The notes: generated by a model not told the origin, from the sequence alone. Numbered from the stretch's first letter, positions 1-17,217 are shown. The stretch is 64,000 nt of DNA from the human T2T-CHM13v2.0 reference genome, Homo sapiens (GCF_009914755.1 NC_060936.1); one strand, 5' to 3'. Numbers and translations are program-made.

Positions 1-2
1 CT

Positions 3-640
<638 letters not shown>

Positions 641-649
641 ATACCCGCC

Positions 650-1760
650 ACCTCACTGGCAACGGATTATAAACCCTTTTTCAGATCCTACTACGTGTCA
701 GCCTACTTCCGGCTGGGGGAAGATGGTCATAGCGAGAGGGGAAGAATTGGTTCAGTGATGAGAACATGGTTGGTTCCTGCCTTCAACAAGCTTTCAATCT
801 AATGCCTGTTTTTTTCAAGGACAATTCAGAACGGTCTGACAAGGGATTTTTTTTTTTCTGCCTTTCGCCCCCAGAGGCACTCTGGGAAAAAGAGTTTAGA
901 ATTTCCCTGCCATTTCCGTGCTGTGCGGGGAGGAACACTTGAAATCGGGCCTGGCGGGGTACCAGGAGGCAGCACAAGCAGGCGGGGTGGAGAGGGGCAG
1001 GGCGAGGCCCCGGGAGCCGTCACCATGGCAACCCAGTCTGCTTTCCAGAACAATGTCTCTAACCAGGAAAACAGCTCCAGAGAGCTCGCTCTTCATAATC
1101 CCCGTGGCCTGTCGGGTTAGGGAATGCACAAAGGGGAGTCTTTCTCCATAGAGAAATGACTCTTTACAAGGCGGGGAACAAAGGGGAAACATTTGTTGTA
1201 TAGGATCTTTCTTTGTTATCTGGCTGAAATAAAATCAACAAAGTGCAATTACTTAGTTCCTCTCCACTCTTCACAGGAAATGAACGCTGCATTGTTAGGC
1301 AAGGTTCCTTTTTGTGAATAATATTTGCTGTAATTTTTCTTTTATCCCCATTTTATAGATGAGAGATTAGTAAGCATGAATGAACTTGACCTCTGCAAAA
1401 CTGTAATTTGAGAACCAGGGCGTCTTTTAGAAGGCTTTGTGAAGGAGGCCCTGCCTTTGCCGACTTTGTGATAAACCTACCAGATAATGTGAGGAGGGTT
1501 GGTGTCCACGTGCTCGGGGCCTTGGGAGCCACCAGCGCTGGCTGGACTCAGCCGCTGCGCTCTGCTCCCTGCGCTCGCCCCTCCCCCGCACCCGCAAATG
1601 CAGCCAGGAGGAAGAGGCGAGGAGGAATGCAGGAGGCATTCCAGCCCCACCCCCGCAAGCCTCCTCCAGCGAGTTCCGAAACTACTGCTAAGTGGGCTGC
1701 AAGGAAGACAGTGAACCAGCTGGTGACTGTACTCCTCCAGGCTTTCACATGATCTACAGC
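650..1760. promoter_or_regulatory. GC/CpG-enriched promoter- or enhancer-like region
   Basis: Mostly non-repeat, more CpG than its flanks; ETS-like ACTTCCGG 705-712, GGCGGGG boxes near 953 and 981, X-box 1019-1032, E-box CACGTG 1507-1512. Confidence 0.6.
1019..1032. promoter_or_regulatory. RFX X-box motif
   Basis: GTCACCATGGCAAC (reverse GTTGCCATGGTGAC), 12/14 to the palindromic RFX site GTTGCCATGGCAAC. Confidence 0.7.
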
Positions 1761-2295
1761 CTGACTACACCCAGCGCATTGAAGGTTGTCCCTTGCTCTC
1801 TCTGAGCTAGGGTGTGACAGCCCTTAAAGATGAGGGTAACATCGCGGTAGTCAGTCCAGGCCTGCAAGACCAGGAACAACAGCAGTTACTGTATGCCTAA
1901 TAACCGACGATTTTCCATCAGTGTCCACACTTACAAATAATGTCATTTTTTAATAGTTATATAAACCAGAAAGGTTAAGAGTTCGGCTACCTCGTGGCAA
2001 TAAAAGTCCTGCTCTCTGTGTCTGGGTGTCCCCGAGGAGCCCAATCCATGACAAAATCGGAAAAGCCAGAACTAGACCTACACCTCTGCAGCAGTCCCTT
2101 TGTGCAGTGATGGAGGAGAGAGGGTCCCTCATTACTGGAGAAGTCATGGGTCGCACACTTTCCAGTCTACGCTAGAGATTTTGTTGCCCTAAGGTCACTT
2201 GGTGACAGGAAATGCAGTCCCTGCCCATCCCCCACCCCCAGGGACTAAGTTAAGAACCACTGCCAGAGAACCCTTGGAAGGAGTTAATTGGATGA

Positions 2296-2661
<366 letters not shown>

Positions 2662-2769
2662 TAAAGTTAATTTACCCCGCTTTAGGAAGTCAAATTAATG
2701 GATCTTTGTAGTGAATTTCTAAAGACTCTTACATTGTTATAATCTTCCTCCCCAAAGTTTGATTCTTGT

Positions 2770-3100
2770 ATTCAACATTAATTCAACATTCATTGAAAAC
2801 TTCCTAACAACCAGGCAATATGGTACTATTGGCTACGCTGGGCTTGTGAGTTTTAAAAATCACATAAAGCGTGGAATGTACTTTCAAAGAGCTTACAGGC
2901 TGGGAAGATACACAGGAAGTCAGCTATTCCAGAGTGACATGGCATATCCTTTATAAGGATAGGAAAAAGAGGATGTGATATGGGAGAAAAGAGGAGGGAC
3001 ATGAAAAACAGTAAGGTTGAGTGGAGTGAGATATAGCCAGTGAGTTTCTCAGAAAGAGCTGAGAAATGAGATGGAGTTAGCTAGAATAAAACCAGAGCTA
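2770..3100 (-). mobile_element. L2 fragment (degenerate)
   Basis: TTCAACATTCATTGAAAACTTCCT...CTTTCAAAGAGCTTACAG resembles an antisense L2 3' end. Confidence 0.45.
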
Positions 3101-3118
3101 GCAGTCAGAAAAACAGAA

Positions 3119-3415
3119 TTTTCTTTCTTTTTTTTTAGACAGAGTCTCACTCTGTCACCAGGCTGGAGTGCAGTGGCGCCAATCTCGGCTTACTGCAACC
3201 TCTGTCTCCCAGGTTTAAGAGATTCTCCTGCTCAGCCTCCCGAGTAGCTGGGATTACAGGCACTCACCACTATGCCCAGCTAATTTTTTGTATTTTTAGT
3301 AGAGACGGGGTTTCACCATGTTGGCCAGGCTGGTCTTAAACTCCTGACCTCATGATTCGCCCACCTCGGCCTCCCAAAGCGCTGGGATTACAGGCGTGAG
3401 CCACCGCGCCTGGCT
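3119..3415 (-). mobile_element. Alu (AluS-like)
   Basis: Antisense dimer; TSD AGAAAAACAGA at 3107 and 3416. Confidence 0.95.
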
Positions 3416-4054
3416 AGAAAAACAGACTTTTCATTCCAGATGTATTAACAAACAGGTCAGCTACCAGCCAGAATTAAAAGAACTCAAACGCTAAGACAAA
3501 GCAAGGAGTCTGAAGTCCACTAGGTCAGTAGCTTTTCAGGACCTGAAACAGGTGGACTAGCCCAGCAGAAGAACAGATCTGTTTCCTTACCCAGAAACTT
3601 CCAAACATCCTATCAGGATAATAACTAAGCTACTAGCACGAAAACCCTGAGAAAAGGTGAGCTATTGACATGCAGATTTCAACATCCAAAGCACTTTAAA
3701 ATTTCAACATGTTATTTATAACTTTAGATTTCTTAGCAAAACTACACATTACTGGACCTAATATTAGAAGAGTAATTATTAGATACATGATCATGAGTCA
3801 GTACTAATGTTTTCACTAAAGTTTTCAAGTAGTCTGCTAAGACCTGTTCACACATGCTAGGCTAAGATCTAGCAGCAATTAAGTTAGGATTTATCCCTGT
3901 GCCACATACCCTAACATCCAATCTATTTAACCACTTTGACTCTTAAAGGGCAAAGAAGAAAGAGAGATTCCTTAAAAGATACGGGGACTTGTAGGGGCTG
4001 AAGTAGAGAAAGTTTGTTGCTGTTGTAACATCCCAATTTCGAGTCCCTTAGTAA

Positions 4055-4362
<308 letters not shown>

Positions 4363-4422
4363 TCCAGACCCTGATTTTCCCTTGCTGGTACTCATCAGTG
4401 ATGTTAAAATATTTCAGTTTTC

Positions 4423-4719
4423 GGACCGGGCACAGTGGCTCACGCTTGTAATCTCAGCACTTTGGGTGGCTGAGGCGGGGGGATCATGAGGTCAGGAGTT
4501 TGAGACCAGCCTGGCCAATATGGTGAAACCCCATCTCTACTAAAAACTACAAAAATCAGTCGGGTGTGGTGGCGCACGCCTGTAGTCCCAGCTACTCAGG
4601 AGGCTGAGGCAGGAGTCACTTGAACCCTGGAGGCAGAGGTTGTAGTGAGCTGAGATCGTGCCACTACACTCCAGCCTGAGCGACAGACGGAGACTCTTGT
4701 CTCAAAAAAAAAAAAAAAA
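4423..4719 (+). mobile_element. Alu (AluS-like)
   Basis: Full dimer with poly-A; TSD ATTTCAGTTT. Confidence 0.95.
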
Positions 4720-5279
4720 TTTCAGTTTCTGGTCACAATGTAATATTGTATGACCTGACCTCTTTGAAATTAGACCTTCTGTCAATAAGGTAAAAGAGGA
4801 GGTAATATGATATGTGTAACTTCCAGGAAAAAGCTTTCAGATCTAGTAAACAATTTGTCACTGTTTGAGAGATCAAGGAAGCAAGTGTTGAGTTGAAACC
4901 TCTTTGAGCCAAGATCTCCTTGCCAAGGCACATTAGACATGTAGTATGAGGAAGAAACAAACTTTTGGTGTGTTAAGCCATTGAGAGAATTGGTGGATAT
5001 TTGTTATACAGTACAACCTAAATTAGCTTGATTAGTCACCTGTCGATATCTGTTTCTGTACCCTCATTTCTTCCCATCAGAAGCTGTGTCTTCTACACAG
5101 TCCTAGGCTTCAGAAGACACTGACTCCAGCTCCAGCTCCACAGGGTGGTTCAGTATAAGAATCATGGTAATATTAGTTCCTAATCACTAACTGGTTTAGT
5201 AAGTTTGCCAGGAAGTCTCAGCAGTTTCTCAGAGAGAGAGAGAAAGGATGTGCCTTTCTCCCTCTGGATGTTTTTATGA

Positions 5280-5778
5280 CAATTATTTTATTATCTCACG
5301 GTTCTGTGAGTCAGGAATTCAGGAGCAGCTGAGCTGGACAGTTCTGGCTCAGATTCTCACATGAGGTTCCATTCCAGACATTTGCCAGGGCTGCATTCAT
5401 CTGAAGGCTTGACTGGGGTTAGGGAATATACTTCCAAGATGGCTTATATGGCTGTTGGCATAAGTTCTCAGTTCATTGCTGGCTCTTAGTAGAAGACCAC
5501 AGTTACTTACCCTGTGATCCACTCCATGGGGTTACTTGAATGTCCTCCTGTCGTAGTAGCTGGCTTTCCCCAGAGTGATCCCAACAAAAAGAACAGGAGG
5601 AAACCATTATATTTTATGTCCTAATTTTAGGAACAACACACCATCATTTCGACTTCATTTTATTCATTAAAGGAAGTCATTAAGTCTAGCCCACATTTAG
5701 GAGGAGGGGAATTAGGCTGCACTTTTGCAGGGAAGGAGGAATATTAAGGAATTTGTGGACATATTGTAAACCACCACA
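5280..5778 (-). mobile_element. MaLR LTR (MLT1F/G-like) nested in older MLT1 fragments
   Basis: TTATTATCTCACGGTTCTGTGAGTCAGGAATTC...CATCTGAAGGCTTGACTGGGG...AAACCACCACA terminus. Confidence 0.7.
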
Positions 5779-6154
5779 GATGTAACAGCAGGAAGTGCTG
5801 TTGCCATATTGAGTAACAGGAGGATCTAGCCTAAGGGTAAACCCTAACAGAGAGGAAAGCAGAACAGACATGGAAAGAATTTTGATGACATCACTGAGCC
5901 ACTGATCTTACCATGCCTGGAACCTACGCTGGACTACTTAGTTATGTGAAAAAAAGTAAATTTCTTCCCTTACCATTTCAGTCTGTTTGAATGAGGTTTG
6001 CTGATATTTCCTGTAGGGAATGAAATCAACGTATCTAACCCACAATACATATTGTAAATTAACCTAGATATCAATATATAAATGTAAACATTTGAAAAAT
6101 ATAATCTCCATTTCTAAATTATTTAAATTATATATGTATAAAACTGCTTATTCA

Positions 6155-6467
<313 letters not shown>

Positions 6468-6571
6468 ACCAGATACGTTTTAAATAATTTTTTTGTGCCT
6501 TAGTTTTCTCATCTGTAAAATAGGGTACGGTTGGTGATGATAATTTCAATTCACAAATGAGTTAATAATGC

Positions 6572-6866
6572 TTTTATTTATTGATATATTTATTTATTTA
6601 TTTTTGAGACAGAGTCTGTCACCCAGGCTGGAGTGTAGTGGTGTGATCATACTTTACAGCAGCCTCAAACTCCTGGTTTAAGGGATCCTCCCACCTAAGG
6701 CTCTCAAGTAACTGGGACTGCAGGCACACAACACCATGCCTGGCAAATTAAAAAAAAAAAAATTATAGGGACAGGGTCTCACTGTGTTGTCCAGGCTGGT
6801 CTTGAACTCTTGAGCTCAGGCCTCCCAAAGCTCTGGGATTACAGGTATGAGCCTCCACACCTGGCT
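6572..6866 (-). mobile_element. Alu (AluJ-like)
   Basis: Diverged antisense dimer. Confidence 0.9.
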
Positions 6867-6960
6867 AATATCCTTTTAGAATAGAACCATATAGAGAAAG
6901 TACTATGGAGGTGTTAATTTTTATTTTTATTAATAAAATCAATGTTAATGTCTTCAATCA

Positions 6961-7285
<325 letters not shown>

Positions 7286-7689
7286 TACAGTGCTTCCACA
7301 CCAATGCAAAACACACCTAGACACAGAAGGAGCCTTGTGTTTGAGGATGATAGGTATTCATTTACCTTCACAAACCCTTCACCATATCTCAGATTGCTCA
7401 TTGGGAAAAACGTATATTTTGTGAGATACTTTGGAAAGTCTCCATGTGAAGTTTGGTCCTGGTCATGTAATTATTATTTTCTAATTTCTTATTCTGTTAT
7501 TTATTTTTTTCTTTTAAATTTACAAAAAAAGAGTACTAAAATATCAGGACTGTTATTTGCTCTGTCATCTAGGCTAAAATACAGCGGTGTGATCATAGCT
7601 CCCTGTAGCCTCCAACACCTGGGCTCCAGGGATACTCTCATCTTAGACTTCAGAGTAGCTGGGACTATTGCCTACACAAAGGACTATTA

Positions 7690-8274
<585 letters not shown>

Positions 8275-8569
8275 GCTATTAATCTTAAATAGAGTAGATC
8301 AAAGTCACCAAGCCCCTTCTTGGAATATATTTACATATCTGTGCTCAGGGAGAAGGAATAATCTATGCAAATCCACTGCCAGTGGCTTTATTTCTCTAAG
8401 GCAGATATCTTCCCAAAGAAATAAGAGGGAAACTTGTTCCTTTATATTTCAAATAAAACAAAACAAAGAAAGATGCCCTGAGATTCTACTATGGTGGAAT
8501 TTTAACTGGATTTCACCAAGAGAGGATCCTATCATTCATTATGCAAATTAAGGAGGAAAAAAACCCCAC

Positions 8570-9075
8570 TCTAGTCATTTCAACCAGTAGAGATTTAAAT
8601 GAAGGAATTAGTTAATGTTGGGAAGTCCAGAGGACGAGAAGCTTACTCAATGAGTAGTAACTACTAACCATTTCTAGACTGGGGAAGCAAAATCACTGAG
8701 CAGAGGCCAAGGGTGCATGCAGCTAAGGCTTCTGTTATTGAAGCCCAGCTACCTGAACTGGAGCCCAGGAGCCTGCAAGCGCAGGCTGCTGTCGGAGTCC
8801 CCGTGGCTTCATCTGCCCCAGACTTCACTACTAATGTTGCCCCTGCCATCAACGCTATTGCCGCCTCCATTCTTTTATCACTGGTGTGTAGTGCTGGAAC
8901 TGCTGGAAACAGCTGCTTTTTCAACTGCTCAAAACTAGAAAAAGAGAGTCACAATTCCCTCCCTCTTGCCTTTTAATCTCTTTCCATTGGCAGAATCTGA
9001 CCAAAAGTTTGTAAATGTAGATTACAGAATCTAACACACAGCAGAGCACAGAAGTGTGAGAATGAAGGTTGAAAA
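8570..9075. mobile_element. Ancient LTR-like relic
   Basis: CCATTGGCAGAATCTGACC...AAATGTAGATTACAG pattern resembles old mammalian LTRs; appears to resume after the MER4 insertion. Confidence 0.35.
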
Positions 9076-9896
9076 TGTGAAAGGAAAATAAATCTTGGGG
9101 CCTCAAAAATCATTAAGCTAAGGGGAAAAGTCAAGCTGGGAACTGTTGAGGGCAAAGTTGCCTCCCATTGTATTCAAAGTCATCCCTCTGCTCACTGAGA
9201 TAAATGCATATCTCATTGACTACTTTGGAAAGGCTAATTAGAAACTCAAAAGAATGCAACCATTTGTCTCTTCTCTACCTATGACCTGAAAGCCTCCTCT
9301 CTGCTTTTGCTTTTTTTGAGTGGTCCCACCTTTTTTTTTTTTTTGAGTTGTCCTGCCTTTGCTTCAAGTCATCCCACCTTTCCAGACTGAACCAATGTTC
9401 ATCCTACATATGTTGATTGATGTTTCATGTCTCCCCAAAATGTATAAACCAAGCTGTGGGCTGGGAGCGGTGGCTCACGCCTGTATCCCAGCACTTTGGG
9501 AGGCCTAGGCGGACGGATCACAAGGTCAGGGGTTCGAGACCAGTCTGGCCATCATGGTGAAACCCCATCTCTGCTAAAAATACAAAATTAGCCAGGTGTG
9601 GTGGCAGGCGTCTGCAATCCCAGTTACTTGGGAGGCTGAGGCAGGAGAATCGCTTGAAACCAGAAGGTGGAGATTGCAGTGAGCCTAGATCAGCCACTGC
9701 ACTCCAGCCTGGGCGAAAGAGTGAAACTCTGTCTCAAAAAAGAAAAAAAGAAAAAGAAAAACAAGCTGTATTCTTCCCACCTTGGGCACATGTCATCAGG
9801 ACTTCCTGAGGCTGTGTCACAGGTGCACATCCTTAACTTTGGCAAAATAAACTTGCTAAATTGACTGAGACCTATCTCAGATATTCAAGGTCCGCA
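9076..9896 (+). mobile_element. ERV1 solo LTR (MER4A-like), interrupted by an Alu
   Basis: Starts TGTGAAAGGAAAATAAATCTTGGGG; 3' part has AATAAACTTGCTAAATTGACTGAGACC; ends in CA. Confidence 0.8.
9459..9762 (+). mobile_element. Alu (AluS-like) inside MER4
   Basis: Full dimer; TSD CAAGCTGT. Confidence 0.95.
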
Positions 9897-10432
9897 AGAA
9901 CAAACAAATAACCAGTCTGATAAGTCGTAAGAAAGTTACACTCTGTCACATGGACCCTAAAAAGGCCAAGACACTCACTCGCCTTCCCAAGAAGAGTCTC
10001 TGTAGAGACTCAATGGTAAACCTGTAGGCAGTCAAGAGTCTCCTGTCCTCAAACACCTAGCAAGCAGTGCTATATGAAGGTACTAGGAAACTTTAACTAG
10101 GAAACTTTAAACAATTGAAGATTCTCGACTTCAGATAAGGGATAGGAACAAAAGCAGTACTGATAATATTGAAATACTGTTTTGTGATTGCATTTGATAG
10201 TGGGGAAAAGGACATATGAAACCCTCCAGACTTTTTCTCTTGGTGCCCTAAAACTTCTGGCTCATTGAGATTAAAAGGATCAAAATGCAATCTTATCCAG
10301 GGATAAAAGGCATTTTTACAATTGGAACTCTAAAATAGTATGTCATCCACTTTAGGACAAAGTGGATGGAGAGAATAAGGCATAATATCAAATACAAGTC
10401 CCCCAAATAGAAAGTTACAAGGGTGGACAGAA

Positions 10433-11250
<818 letters not shown>

Positions 11251-11254
11251 TCAA

Positions 11255-12104
11255 TGAAGGAAGGAAGAACTTTACCCTCTTATGTTATTAGGTACCTGGG
11301 GCCTGCAAATTAAACTGACAAATATTACAACAGGAAAAACATATACAATTTCATTTGGTGTTAATGTTTTTATATGGCATGGAGGGCTTCACAGAGAAGA
11401 TGTGAAAACCTCAAAACATGTGGATAGAGAGGTTTATATACCATTTTAACAAAAGGCAATAAATTGTGAAGACATAGGTAGATAAAGGACAGGGGTTTGG
11501 GCTTCTACAGGTGGTAAGTTTTTGGAAAGTACCTAGGAAGTATATGAGGAAAACTAATGGAAGATAAGGGCTATATTAATAAGGTTTGTTTGTGCAGACA
11601 AACAATCAGTGTCAATTCTCCATTTCCATTGATAAGAATGTTTTCTTTCTGGTTATGGGAGAGCACCTTTCTCATGGGAAATGTATGTCAGGCCAGGTGT
11701 GGTGGCTCACACCTGTAATCCCAGCAGTTTGGGAGGCCAAGGCAGGCAGATCACGAGGTCAGGAGATCGAGGCCATCCTGGCTAACACAGTGAAACTGTG
11801 TCTCTACTAAAAATACAAAAAATTAGCCAGGCATGGTGGCCGGTGCCTGTAGTCCCAGCTACTCAGGAGGCTGAGGCAGGAGAATGGCGTGAACCTGGGA
11901 GGCGGAGCTTGCAGAGATGGCACCACTGTACTCCACCCTGGGAGACAGAGTGAGACTCCATCTCGAAAAAAAAAAAAAAGAAAAAGAAAAAAAAAGAAAA
12001 GTGAAGGTCAAGAGGCCATTTGCTGTTTTTCAATTGCCTTCAGTTCAAAATAATCAATATGCTAAAGCAGCGTATTTGGGGGCAACATGTTCTGATCCCC
12101 TTCA
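11255..12104 (-). mobile_element. ERV1 LTR (MER34-family-like), interrupted by an Alu
   Basis: Minus strand begins TGAAGGGGATCAGAACATGTTGCCCCCAAATACGCTGCTTTAGCATATTGATTATTTTGAACTGAAGGCAATTG. Confidence 0.7.
11691..12000 (+). mobile_element. AluY-like
   Basis: Diagnostic ATCCTGGCTAACAC and GAATGGCGTGAAC. Confidence 0.95.
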
Positions 12105-12475
12105 TGGGTCAGAGTTCTGTTGTTATCTATGGTTCAGCCACTGCCCATTTGTATTTCAACTTCAAATTGCAGTCTTTCGATTCCAAATTGCAGATGTACA
12201 CTTGAGATCACACTCCTTCAGACATGAGCCTGCCCCAGAATGAGGCAGTGAGAATTTACTTACTTTATGATGGCTAATGATTCTTTTGAGCAGACAATTA
12301 TTTTAGCCAATAATTTTAGCCAATTATTTTGGGTGAGATTAAATAGTAATAAGAAGAAAGCAATGTCACCAACCATTTTCCCTAAGATATGGTGGAAAAA
12401 ATGATGGTTGCTTCATAACCCTGCAAGGAGTATCTGAATTTCCCAAATTGACACCTGACACCACGTATGCATCCC

Positions 12476-12766
12476 TTTTTTTTTTTAAACAGGGTCTCAC
12501 TTTGTCACCTAGGCCAGAGTGCGGTGGCATGAACACAGCTCACTGCAGCCTTGACCTCCTAGGCTCAAGCGATCTTCCCACCTCAGCCGCTTAGTAGCTG
12601 GTACTACAGGAATGCACCACCACACCTGGCTAGTTTTTGTATTTTTTGCAGAGATGAGGTCTCACTATGTCACCTAGACTGGTCTCGAACTCCTGGGCTC
12701 AAGAAATCCACCTGCCTCAACCTCCCAAAGTACTGGGATTATAGGTTTGAGCCACCATGCCTGGCC
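12476..12766 (-). mobile_element. Alu (AluJ-like)
   Basis: Diverged antisense dimer. Confidence 0.9.
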
Positions 12767-12859
12767 CCCCATATGCACCCCTAATGGATAGAATTTGAAA
12801 CTTGAAAAAATGGAGAAATTTAGCCGATTATTTTGGGCAGGAGTGCTTTCCCCATAATT

Positions 12860-13270
12860 AGGCTGTCTTCTGCCAGATTCTTTTAGGAGCCAACCCTAAG
12901 CAAAAGGTTTAAATGTAAGTAGTTTGAGTGGTGATCATAGGAAGCACTGACAGGGGAAAGGGGCAGTAAGACAGGGAAGTGAGGGAAGCCTAGACCATTA
13001 CGTTACCAATGGGGGCAACCGAGGGTCAGTCATGCTGGGAACCTGTGGGAGCTGTCCCACCTGAGGGGAAGAGGAAGCTGGAGTTTGTCCTCTAATTACT
13101 ATCAGTCATTAGTTTATAGTTGCTTCCAGGAGTGTTAACTCTACAGCGCTGAGGACTTTCTCTACACCTGAACTGAGGAAAAGCCCTCGGGCAGCATCAT
13201 GTACTAGCAGTAGGATACCGTCTGCACATATAGAAACAGTAAGTATTGCAGGGATATGAGCATGGTACTG
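12860..13270. mobile_element. ERVL-type LTR (LTR33/LTR16-like)
   Basis: AAGTAGTTTGAGTGGTGATCATAGGAAGCACTGACAGGGG...AGACAGGGAAG motif. Confidence 0.45.
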
Positions 13271-13415
13271 ACAGGATCTTCCACACTGGCCAAAAAAATG
13301 AGGACTCTGATTCCCTATAAAGTACTGAGATCTAAGAGAATCCAAAAATGTATGATAGCAACTGTCCATATCGCTGACATTCTTTCTTCCTTCCCTGTGG
13401 GTAGATGTTTAGTAA

Positions 13416-13766
<351 letters not shown>

Positions 13767-14204
13767 TGACTTCATTTTCATTTACACCCCAATATTAAGC
13801 TCTGACCTGTTCTTTTGTTCCTTCAGAATTAATTGTTGGCATCTGAGCCTACAGTCTCTGCTTTAGCAGGCATATGCCAAGGATGTGGTATTAATCTTTC
13901 CTCAGCTTTTAAATATTAAATAAGCCTCCCAAATGGACCCTAGTTCTTGCCTGAAGTGGAGCTCTACTTGGCCAAGGGTTTTGCTTTTAGAGAGCTGAAG
14001 TGGAAATAAACAAACAGACGGTCAGTAACACTGACGCTTTCCAAAGCTATTAAGTAAACCCTGTTGACACTAGCAATCTTTATTGTTTGTTGTTCGTACA
14101 TTATGGTTGTCTGATTAGGTAGCATGATTGACTTTAAACACAAAAACACTAAAGCAAGAAGGAATATGAATTAGCGTAGAACTTCTGGACAGGAAGTACA
14201 TATG

Positions 14205-14440
14205 TATTAAGGTGTTGTGGTTAAGCTCTCGGGCTCTGGCAGGAGGCAGATTGGGTTACAAACTTGGCATCCCCACTTACTTGCTGTATGACAGTGAGAA
14301 TATTATTTAACTTCTCTAAACCCATTTCCACGTCTGTAAAATAGAGATAACAACAGTGCTACCTTCCCATGGCTCTTAGGAAGATTTAGCAGGATAATGT
14401 ATGTGACTCTGTTAGAATAAAGGTGATCTACATGTCATAA
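14205..14440 (+). mobile_element. MIR
   Basis: GTGGTTAAG...ATTTAACTTCTCTAAACCCATTTCCACGTCTGTAAAATAGAGATAACAAC core. Confidence 0.75.
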
Positions 14441-14446
14441 AATCCA

Positions 14447-15035
14447 ATATATCAGTCAGGGTTCAGTGAAGGAACAGAGCTACTGTGAGTGTTATTAGGC
14501 AAGGGATTTATTATAGGAACTAGTACTTACACAACTGTGGGAGGAGTTGAGAAAGTAAAGATCCGGAAGGGGAAGCTGGAGAAATAGTCACTAAGCAGTC
14601 CCCTAAAGCCCTGGGGTGAGCAGACAAGTCGAAGCTTGCAAGGAAATCTGAGAAATCCAGGACATTCATCAGCCAAATTGGTACTGCAAAAAGGGAGCTC
14701 ACTAAGCACTGTGTGGGAAACCATGCCCCTCTTAAGACACCTCTGTGTATGCTAAGTGTCTGGTGGTGGGCCTGCAACTGCTGTTGACCAGCAGGGCTAG
14801 CATTTGGGAAGAACAGCCTGGTGTAGAACAGAGGAAAGTGGACAAGCTGAACCCACTGGGCACCTTGACATCTGTCTATCACCATGCGGCACAATGAAGA
14901 TCTTCAGAGAGGCATGGCTACCGTTTCACTTCTGCCTTGCAAATTATGAGCAAGCTCCTCGTGAGATCAACTCTAACCTAGGTCCATATAAGGGATTCCG
15001 GAAAAAATTCTGCCCAGATTAGTCATGTTGACGAC
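14447..15035. mobile_element. ERVL-type LTR (LTR40/LTR50-like)
   Basis: TCAGTCAGGGTTCAGT...GGGATTTATTATAGGAAC...AGGGATTCCGGAAAAAATT. Confidence 0.45.
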
Positions 15036-15195
15036 AGAACAATCCAGCATACCGCAAATAATATTGGCTTTAAAAGTATAGTTTATTTCTGTCTCATGCC
15101 ATACAAGTCTAGACGAAGTCATTCTACAGTGACAGGAACCTAGCTCTTTAGATCTTTTTGCACTACTATCCACAGCAAGCAGCTTTACTCCATAG

Positions 15196-15905
<710 letters not shown>

Positions 15906-16505
15906 GCCTTCACACATTCTTTTAAACAACATGTCCTGGAAATCTCACAGAGCTGCAAGGGATGCTGGAAAGTGTAGCCTTTATTTTAGGAATTGTTATG
16001 TTCAGCTAAAACTTGAAAGAGGAAGAAAGAACCTATCAAGGGAGACATAGCAGTCCTTGCCACAGTCCTCTCATCCATAAGCTCCTTCTTTTTATATAGA
16101 GCCCTCCTCTCTAGGAGAGAGAACTCCAAAGTGTCCTCTAGTTACTGCTTTAAGCTCAAAGTTGAGAAACTCTGGGTGATATGGAGTCATCTCCATCTTA
16201 TCTAGATGTAGTGGCTCATGCTCCAGAAACTCATAAACAAAGTTATTTATCCTGCCTTTTTGGTCATATTCAGTATACTGTATAGTGGTGAAACAGGAAT
16301 AGAGTAACCTTAATTAAAATTTCAACTGGAGAAGAGGAAAGCAGGAAACATGTAACACTCACTGGTACTGGTCCATAGGAGTTATCAAACCCTGCTGAGC
16401 ACTAATTGCAGAGAACTCCCTGGCCTGAGAAGGGAGTTCTTTGATTAGCTCACCAGGCAGCCCTTGGTTCTGCTCTCTGAGATGAGCTTTTTCAATTACT
16501 ATCCT

Positions 16506-16921
16506 TGTTGTGGACTGGATTGTGTTCTACCCCAAATTCACCACATGTGAATTTGGGGTAGAACCCAATCCCCCAATGGGACTGTTTTTGTTTTGTTTGT
16601 TTGTTTGTTGGGAGATAGAGCCTTTTAAAAGGCAGTTAAGGTTAAATGATGTCATAAGGCTGGGGTCCTAATCACATATGGCTAGTGTCCTAAGAAGAAG
16701 AGGAAGAGACCCTAGGGACGTACATGCAGAGAGGAACGGCCATGTGAAGACACAACAAGAAGGTGACCATCTGCAAGCCAAGGAGAGAGACCTCAGGATA
16801 AACTAAACCTGCTGATATATTGATCTTGCACTTCCAGCCTCCAGAACCATGAAAAAATAAAGAGTTGTTTAGACCTCCAATCTGTGGTATTTTGTTATGG
16901 CAACCATAGAAGACTGATGCA
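16506..16921 (+). mobile_element. MaLR LTR (MLT1B-like)
   Basis: CCATCTGCAAGCCAAGGAGAGAGACCTCAG...CTTCCAGCCTCCAGAAC...GTGGTATTTTGTTATGGCA. Confidence 0.8.
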
Positions 16922-17217
16922 CTTCCTGGTCCTTAGCTCTGCTCTCTCAGAAGTTCCTCCTTCATCAGCCTCCTCCATGGCCACATCTGAGACTGGCTTT
17001 GCTGAGTCATCCCTTTTTCGGGAGATACACTCTTTATTAAATCCACTTCATTTTTGTGCAGGCTTGGGGATTGCTATAGGGCTATAATAGTCACAGATTT
17101 TTGCAGGCAATATAATTCTTTCAAATATAATTTTTTAAAATTTATTTTCATTCAATTCTCTGTCCTTGTAAGTACAGCCAAAGATCTTGTCTAGCCACAG
17201 TGTTTTCGTTTGTTTGT

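Noticed and set aside
1025-1120. Strong Kozak context GTCACCATGG opening a 31-codon frame (MATQSAFQ...)
   Set aside because: The match is explained by the overlapping X-box; the peptide is unrecognised and only a weak donor (CGG|GTTAGG) follows
1408-1752. Overlapping ORFs on both strands in the GC-rich region
   Set aside because: Expected from GC-rich, stop-poor DNA; no recognisable domain
8664-8976. Ala-rich ORFs on both strands
   Set aside because: They lie in a GCT-rich old LTR-like relic with no splice or homology support
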